Of a DNA stretch of 64,000 nt, positions 34,349 to 64,000 are shown piece by piece. The stretch lies in the NCBI GenBank assembly GCA_030141605.1, contig JAQGDQ010000681.1, positions 49,539 to 113,538 on the forward strand, read 5' to 3'. The translations under genes and the position numbers were made by a program. Numbering within the stretch: the first letter of the stretch is position 1; each line of letters opens with the position of its first letter. The DNA comes from Tubiluchus corallicola (taxonomy: Eukaryota; Animalia; Priapulida). The notes beneath the pieces were generated by a model that worked only from the letters and a program-made list of their open reading frames with translations, had not been told where the DNA came from and did not search any database.

Positions 34349-36249
34349 CGCAATCTCACAGCACGATAAATTTCCAACTCGTGAGAAGAACAAAGACGAC
34401 AAAACGTGATACAGAGGCACGTTCTTTCTTGCAATTGAAACTATGGTGGCGCCACCTATTAGTATTTTTTACAATAATACTTTTAGACGGGTAATAATAC
34501 CATTATAGTCTGGTACTGCACGGACGAGTTATTTATCGTTTTGCTAAATTTGAAAATTAATAGCATTTCAAACGCAAAACTGTAAAAATTTTAAGGTTTA
34601 GTGCGCTCTAATTTAAACCTAAAGTTATGCAGACAGTTGCTCTTATTTTTCTTGGATTCCATTACCCGACCATCTTTTGAATTTACCCGATCTTTTGTTA
34701 CATAGCAAACAAGATAGCAGAGGGGCCGTGATAGGCGTTTGCGTTCGATATTAAGCAACCCTGAGTCTAGTCAATAAATGGATAAGTCATTTTAAGGTCA
34801 TGAAAAGCAGTGAACAATAAAATTTAATATTATAACATGTACATCACTTATTTCTTTAGTAAGAATATAAATATTTCAATACCACCACATATAGTCATCA
34901 GATTTTTTGTATGTTATACTTAAAAAAATGTAAGAACAAGCACTATGAATTCCAAATTCATTTATTAAATTTAATATTCACAAGAATTTCACAAGTGAAA
35001 GAATAACGGGTGATTTTTTTACAACGAATCATAATCATTATAATTACGAACTGAAAAATCGGCTGCTTTGCATCAAAGTCAGATATGATAATGCTCTTTT
35101 AAACACAAATGCTAACATGAAACAGTCATCAACACTTAAATTCAAAACATTGAAACGTGTTCGCAAAACTACAGAAAGATTTATCACACTCAGTAATTGA
35201 AATTAGTAGAGACGATAATAACAAATTAATTTAGGTCGAAGTAAGAACGTCAATATCATAATATAAATATCAAAAAAGTTATTCCTCGAAATGCTGAGCT
35301 CTTGCGAATATTCACAAAGTTGGCAAAGGTGCGAGTTCGATGTTGCGCATTGCCGAAGATGGGAAAGCCTCTACTGCGAGAATGAGGCTACTGTATTCTA
35401 TTGTACATTTTCCTAAGAACTTTTTTATTGTGATTTTGCACAGTTATGACTTCTTGTATTAATGTGTGATGTATTATAAGATCTATTTTAAATTAGAATT
35501 GCTTTTATAATAACAATAATAATAGTAACAATACAAAAATGAAAAGCATTTCTCGACCTAGTTGATCAACACAAACACTGCAGCAGTTGAGTCTGTTCTC
35601 TAAACAAACGGCACAAACACCCTGGGTGTATCTAGATCTGTACTTTTACTCATATTTCTATGGATTATTGCTACACATTCCGGTGCAAATGGTATGTAAG
35701 AAGCTCCTTCAGCGATGCGAGGTGCATGTGACCGAGGAAACCGAGCTGTTTGAAGGCTGAGTTTGCGAAAAATTGAGGTTAAAGATCGATAAATTTCACT
35801 TTGGTCATAGGGTCCCTTATACGCGAGCTAATTTACCCGGGTTTCTATTATGCGGGACCCGCGTCCCTTACATACGAGTACCTTATATATGAAAATTATT
35901 ATAAGGAAAAACATTATGAAAAACTGGGACCGGTGTTGGTGGTCTCTTATAAGCGAGTACCTTACACCCGAGGTTGACTGTATAAAACTGCGACAGTAAA
36001 GATTGCTAATGACACTTCTTCCAAACGATTACGGTCATTGGAAGGATATATGATAAAATGTCTTATGACCACATTGTTGGCCATGACCAGTCCGCCAGTA
36101 ACGTTTATGTCTTAAGTGAAAAGATTTCATAATTAAAGACACATTGAGCACTAAGGAACATGAACTTCGTCTGAACAATCAGCAAAGTTCTACTCTCTAG
36201 AACTCTTCACATAACATTTCCCTTTCAAATTTTGCTCCACCATGTAGCT

Positions 36250-36670
36250 CTGCCCACATGAATTTTACTGTATTCAATACATACTGAATCCCTGTAAGCC
36301 CTAATAGCTTTAACCCATGACACCCTGTCACCCACAACTTCCCATGTCTCTGTATTTTTGATATCTAATGGTGTGTAGATAAGATCTTTTTGGATAAAAT
36401 TGCTGTAAGTCAGCAACTGTCCTCCTTGCAGTTTCTTTTCTTTCTTCAGTGCTTCTTTGAAAACTAATTTTAATGGACTGTCATCTGGTAGTCGTATAAC
36501 ATGTCCTGTCCATTTAAATTTTCTCCTTTTGATTTTAACTGTCCATTCCTCTGCCTTGTCTTTATTGTACAGATCTTGATTTCATATTTTCTTTGGCAAC
36601 TTTATTCGTAAAATCTTCCTGTAGTTTCTTCTTTGAAATGCATCTATTTCTGATTTGTGATCAGCTTTAA
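36250..36670 (-). mobile_element. RTE-clade LINE ORF C-terminal fragment
   Basis: KWTGHVIRLPDDSPLK matches the RTE W.GHV.R motif; disrupted frame. Confidence 0.65.
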
Positions 36671-36909
36671 TTGTCTACAATTGTGCGATGCACAGGAACG
36701 AACCTTAACAAGATTCTTGATTTTGCTTCTAGACTGACCTTCTTACGGTTCTCCTCTCCAGGACCAAGAGCTCGCCAGTGGAAACTTGCTTATATAAAGT
36801 TCCCCCGTTCCACTCTGAAAGCAATTATTAGCGCAGTACAACACCGTCTTGCAAAAAGAAAAGTACACCAGCATTTCAGACAGTACGTAAGGTTGTGATA
36901 GGTAAAATG

Positions 36910-37615
36910 CAGGGATGAGAATTTTCCGCGGATACGCAGAATTCCACGTTTTTGCAAGACCAGTAGTGCCATTTTTGTAAATCGCATAAATTTGTTGAGA
37001 AGATTTTTACGGACCCAGTACATTATTTCATAAGCCGACTGCTAGTTGGCAGGTCGGCACTTTGTTTACATCACGTACATCAGTGTAACCACGTGTACAT
37101 TTGTATGTATGAAAATATAGAATCAATTGTGCGGAGTTATTTGAGTCAATTGCAGACAGTTTTTATATACTTTTGCATAGGAGCCACCAGTAATTAGGCG
37201 TTTTTGAGACAATTAGGTATCATGTATCCATGATAGTTGGGCATTTTAAATTATTCACGAAACAAGGTAACTGATATTTTGAGTCCACTTAGAGGCATGG
37301 TCACAAAATTGAAATTTTGTCTCTATGGTCACAAAATTGAAATTTTTTGCTGGCTCCAAGGGGGCTTCGCCTACGTGGCCCCCAAACCCCCGGTCTGTTT
37401 CAGAGTTTTTTTGCAATTTGTCATTCTCATCCCTGCATCTATCCTGTCAATTATCGGTTGCCATTGTCTCTGACAGTAAGCTTGCAAGTGTACGATCCTT
37501 GATCCGTAATATCCTTGATATTAGGGTATTTTAAATTATGCATGAAACAAGGTAACTGATATTTAAAGTCCACTTAGAGGCATGGTCACAAAATTGCAAT
37601 TTGTTCTCATCCCTG
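36910..37615. mobile_element. hAT-like MITE (TIR CAGGGATGAGAA) with duplicated right end
   Basis: Perfect flanking AAAATG duplication; extra internal TIR ending ~37435. Confidence 0.85.
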
Positions 37616-37882
37616 AAAATGGTGGTTGAGCTGGCTTCGTTGTGCGTCACATACTGTCAGTGAGAAGAGAATGCAAAATCACTAACCAAAATTTTCTAAT
37701 ATAAACACAAAAGTACACAGAAACGATGTGTCAAAATGTGAACACAAGTGCGCCGGCAGGTAAATCAGCACGGCAACTGTTACTAAAACGGCAATAAATT
37801 AACAACGAGGCAATCAACTATATAACAGCGCAAACAGTGAGCTAGTTAAATTATTTGTTGACCATTCCCGCTTTGCCGGCGG

Positions 37883-59168
<21,286 letters not shown>

Positions 59169-60114
59169 CTACAAAAAATAAAAAAAGAAACGTATGAGTG
59201 CATGTGAGGTAGCAATTTATATACAAAGTGCAAAAAACTAATAATATTGAGTCAAAACTTTGTGAATAAAATACATTTATAAACTCTTTATGCAATGGGA
59301 AAATATCGGTAGACGGGCAATGGTATATCAAGACAGTACAAAGTCCTACGCTGATAGTTCAGTCTCAGCCATGTCTATTATGAATTTATGATTGTTTATA
59401 TATGAAGCAAAAATCATAACTGTTTGTGGTGTATTCCTACTCAGGAGCAACATAAAGGCTTGGTAATCCACACGGACCATTACGGGTCTCAAGGAAATTG
59501 ACTTAAATACAGATATAGAAAGAGCGCGGCTTGTTGCTAAAGGAGAAATTGATTAAAGCAAAACTGGACCCAATCTCAAACTGTAGGTCAAAAGAAAACG
59601 GGGTTTTTTAAAATATTGGAATGAAACACTATATTTTCAAAAATGATTTACGTGAAAGAATAATTAACACACAAACACAATTTCGCATTCGCGCCACTAG
59701 TTCTTCGCTGTTACATGCATTTCACCATTCCCTAGTTGATGCAGTGCTTAGTTCAGATGTGTTAGTTTGTAATGAACTACACAAGTCCGACAGCTCATGT
59801 TGAATGTCTTATAGTAGAACCTGCCTGTCATTAATTAAGTTTTGAATCTATTATTTAATTATCAGAAATGCCTTTGCAGGATTAATTGTGTTAAAATGTA
59901 TACCTTTTATCAAATTTGAAAGAGGGGTAGCATAAGAAAAATCATCCTGTCTTCGTTTAAATGTGATATTTTCATTTTTTTGACACTTACTGTTGTGATT
60001 TCTTTTCTAATCGTGTAAATTTTGTTTGCAGTAAATTGACTTTTTGCTACGTTTATGAGTTTTTGCTCGAACCTCAACTGGAAGATAAAATCTTTTTATA
60101 TTTTTTATAGAACC

Positions 60115-62688
60115 TCTCTCAGGAGGTATTTCTCCATGTCTATCTCTCTTAGAAGGTATTTCTGCATGTCTATCTCTCTCAGAAGGTATTTCTCCATGTC
60201 TATCTCTCTTAGAAGGTATTTCTGCATGTCTATCTCTCTCTGGAGGTATTTCCCCATGTCTATCTCTCTCAGAAGGTATTTCTCCATGTCTATCTCTCTT
60301 AGAAGGTATTTCTGCATGTCTATCTCTCTCAGAAGGTATTTCTCCATGTCTATCTCTCTTAGAAGGTATTTCTGCATGTCTATCTCTCTTAGAAGGTATT
60401 TCTGCATGTCTATCTCTCTCTGGAGGTATTTCCCCATGTCTATCTCTCTCTGGAGGTATTTCCCCATGTCTATCTCTCTCTGGAGGTATTTCCCCATGTC
60501 TATCTCTCTCTGGAGGTATTTCTCCATGTCTATCTCTCTCTGGAGGTATTTCCCCATGTCTATCTCTCTCTGGAGGTATTTCCCCATGTCCATCTCTCTC
60601 TGGAGGTATTTCCCCATGTCCATCTCTCTCTGGAGGTATTTCCCCATGTCTATCTCTCTCTGGAGGTATTTCCCCATGTCTATCTCTCTCTGGAGGTATT
60701 TCCCCATGTCTATCTCTCTCTGGAGGTATTTCCCCATGTCTATCTCTCTCTGGAGGTATTTCCCCCATGTCTATCTCTCTCTGGAGGTATTTCCCCATGT
60801 CTATCTCTCTCTGGAGGTATTTCCCCCATGTCTATCTCTCTCTGGAGGTATTTCCCCATGTCTATCTCTCTCTGGAGGTATTTCTCCATGTGTCTCTCTC
60901 TCTCTCTGGAGGTATTTCCCCATGTCCATCTCTCTCTGGAGGTATTTCCCCATGTCCGTCTCTCTCTGGAGGTATTTCTCCATGTGTCTCTCTCTCTCTG
61001 GAGGTATTTCCCCATGTCCATCTCTCTCTGGAGGTATTTCCCCATGTCTATCTCTCTCTGGAGGTATTTCTCCATGTGTCTCTCTCTCTCTCTGGAGGTA
61101 TTTCCCCATGTCTATCTCTCTCTGGAGGTATTTCCCCATGTCTATCTCTCTCTGGAGGTATTTCCCCATGTCTCTCTCTCTCTGGAGGTATTTCCCCATG
61201 TCTATCTCTCTCTGGAGGTATTTCCCCATGTCCGTCTCTCTCTGGAGGTATTTCTCCATGTGTCTCTCTCTCTCTCTGGAGGTATTTCCCCATGTCCATC
61301 TCTCTCTGGAGGTATTTCCCCATGTCCGTCTCTCTCTGGAGGTATTTCTCCATGTGTCTCTCTCTCTCTCTGGAGGTATTTCCCCATGGCTATCTCTCTC
61401 TGGAGGTATTTCCCCATGTCTATCTCTCTCTGGAGGTATTTCCCCCATGTCTATCTCTCTCTGGAGGTATTTCCCCCATGTCTATCTCTCTCTGGAGGTA
61501 TTTCCCCATGTCTATCTCTCTCTGGAGGTATTTCCCCATGTCTATCTCTCTCTGGAGGTATTTCCCTGTTTCTCTCTTGGGTTTTCCATGTCTATCTCTC
61601 TCTGGAGGTATTTCCCCATGTTTATCTCTCTCTGGAGGTATTTCCCCATGTCTATCTCTCTCTGGAGGTATTTCCCCATGTCTATCTCTCTCTGGAGGTA
61701 TTTCCCCATGTCTATCTCTCTCTGGAGGTATTTCCCCATGTCTATCTCTCTCTGGAGGTATTTCCCCATGTCTATCTCTCTCTGGAGGTATTTCCCCATG
61801 TCTATCTCTCTCTGGAGGTATTTCCCCATGTCTATCTCTCTCTCTGGAGGTATTTCCCATGTCTATCTCTCTCTGGAGGTATTTCCCCATGTCCATCTCT
61901 CTCTGGAGGTATTTCCCCATGTCCGTCTCTCTCTGGAGGTATTTCTCCATGTGTCTCTCTCTCTCTGGAGGTATTTCCCCATGTCTATCTCTCTCTGGAG
62001 GTATTTCCCCATGTCTATCTCTCTCTGGAGGTATTTCCCCATGTCTATCTCTCTCTGGAGGTATTTCCCCATGTCTATCTCTCTCTGGAGGTATTTCCCC
62101 ATGTCTATCTCTCTCTGGAGGTATTTCCCCATGTCTATCTCTCTCTGGAGGTATTTCCCCATGTCTATCTCTCTCTGGAGGTATTTCCCCATGTCTATCT
62201 CTCTCTGGAGGTATTTCTCCATGTGTCTCTCTCTCTCTGGAGGTATTTCCCCATGTCTATCTCTCTCTGGAGGTATTTCCCCATGTCTATCTCTCTCTGG
62301 AGGTATTTCCCCATGTCTATCTCTCTCTGGAGGTATTTCCCCGTGTCTATCTCTCTCTGGAGCTACTTCTGCATGTCTATCTCTCTCTGGAGGTATTTCC
62401 CCATGTCTATCTCTCTCTGGAGGTATTTCCCCATGTCTATCTCTCTCTGGAGGTATTTCCCTATGTCTATCTCTCTCTGGAGGTATTTCCCCATGTCTAT
62501 CTCTCTCTGGAGGTATTTCCCCATGTCTATCTCTCTCTGGAGGTATTTCCCCATGTCTATCTCTCTCTGGAGGTATTTCCCCATGACTATCTCTCTCAGG
62601 AGGTATTTCTCCATGTCTATCTCTCTCTGGAGGTATTTCTGCATGTCTATCTCTCTCTGGAGGTATTTCCCCATGTCTATCTCCATGT
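60115..62688. repeat. 30-bp minisatellite (tctatctctctctggaggtatttccccatg), ~2.6 kb
   Basis: Directly visible, roughly 80+ units; lies in a USP19 intron. Confidence 0.97.
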
Positions 62689-63103
62689 CTTCATTGTATG
62701 TATTATGCTATAATGACAATAAATTGCTTAATTACTTACTTATTTACCTGCTTAGTTACTTGCTTACTTACTTGCTTGCTTGCCTGCTTGCCTGCTTACT
62801 TAACATTAAGAGATTTTGTAGTGTGTTTTTGTGCCTTGTTTACTTTAGAGTCGTAAATGTACTCATTGTTTCGTTCTGCAAGATTTTTAACATCAAGAGT
62901 GCCATTTTTGCCAAAATGAGCGTCTGCACTCAAAATTGACCGTACTATCGTATACGGTCAATAAAAAGATATCACAAAACTACATCCTAAATTATAATAA
63001 TCACCTTAGTCAGGTAGCTAGGACAAAATAAACAAGACTAATCAAGTTTGTAAACAACTTACAACCCACTTCTCTGACTACTGTGCCCCAGGACGTATGC
63101 AAA

Positions 63104-63532
63104 CAGGGGCGGATGCAGGTTTTAGTACAACGGTGGGCCCAACAGACAAGTAGTTAGAGGGTCTGCGCGCTGCGTAAGCTCCCCTGCGAGGTCCACCCAA
63201 ACGACAATGCATTTTGCTGCATTTCAGACCACTTTTCTGCCTTCTAGGAGCCCCTTCGTCAAGGAAGCTCACTAGTTTAGAACAGGTGTCAACTCACCTT
63301 TGACTCAAAAATTACACACAAGCATTTTGATATACACTATACAGCATACATGATGTACATAACTTTCATCTGTTTTCTTGTGATATATGTTCTTTACAGA
63401 TATAAGGCACCTTTAAGATTTAGCAAATTGTTCTAATGCTTATAATTCAGTGATATAATTTGATGTGTGATAACAGTTGCTGAGCAAGGGAGGGCCCAGG
63501 CCCCTTGGGCTCACCCCCTAGATCCGCCACTG
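63104..63532. mobile_element. hAT-like MITE with 5-bp TSD
   Basis: TIR CAGGGGCGGAT/ATCCGCCACTG; GCAAA on both flanks. Confidence 0.78.
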
Positions 63533-63804
63533 GCAAACATCGCCTATCTACAAAGAGGGGGGACGAGTTCACTGGGTGCAGACAAGCGACAGACGCCAAG
63601 TTTCGATAAGAGTTTATCAATCAGCCATTTTTTTCTAGTGCAGTGGCAACCTGAAAGAAACGCGCATGTGACATTTGTGTTAAAAATTGCGGTGGAAGGC
63701 AGCGGTGAACACAGACGAGATTAGTGTAACTAGTATTGAAGAATTGCAAACAAGAAATGTGAGATGACGGGTCAAAATCGACATAATAATCAAGAATTTT
63801 GTAC

Positions 63805-63922
<118 letters not shown>

Positions 63923-64000
63923 GAGAGAGAATGAGAGAGAGAGAGAAGAGAGAGGAGAGAGAATGAGAGAGAGAGAGAGAGAGAGAGAGAAGAGAGAGAG

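Noticed and set aside
60007-62939. 843/703/648-aa ORFs and their reverse-strand partners
   Set aside because: Translations of the 30-bp minisatellite; open in multiple frames on both strands
63540-63650. Possible further USP19 exon after a tttctttcag acceptor
   Set aside because: No USP19-like peptide in any frame, and stops occur without a convincing donor

Overview
AT-rich, intron- and repeat-rich animal genomic DNA, probably an invertebrate; the species cannot be determined from the sequence. Five genes were reconstructed by hand from splice sites and protein motifs. (1) SIL1 (BiP nucleotide-exchange factor), minus strand, 5 exons from 9209, running off the left edge. (2) An intronless kish/TMEM167 ORF (9317-9535, minus) whose stop codon is only 107 nt upstream of the SIL1 ATG. 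(3) A complete 3-exon clarin-family gene (plus, 10996-17594). (4) A complete 6-exon SRSF10/12-like gene (minus, 25069-34348) with a U12-type AT-AC intron that appears to hold a purine-rich, major-spliceosome alternative terminal exon. (5) The 3' 16 exons of USP19 (minus, 37883-59168), with a MYND finger, a probable GC-AG intron and an EEVD-like C-terminus. Introns are filled with non-autonomous DNA transposons (Tc1/mariner-, hAT- and Kolobok-like), LINE fragments, a solo LTR carrying heat-shock elements, and micro/minisatellites. Most long ORFs in the supplied track are artefacts of these repeats. Best candidates for new biology: the possible kish-SIL1 bicistronic unit, the SRSF10 minor-intron/alternative-exon module, and the HSE-bearing solo LTR in SIL1 intron 1.
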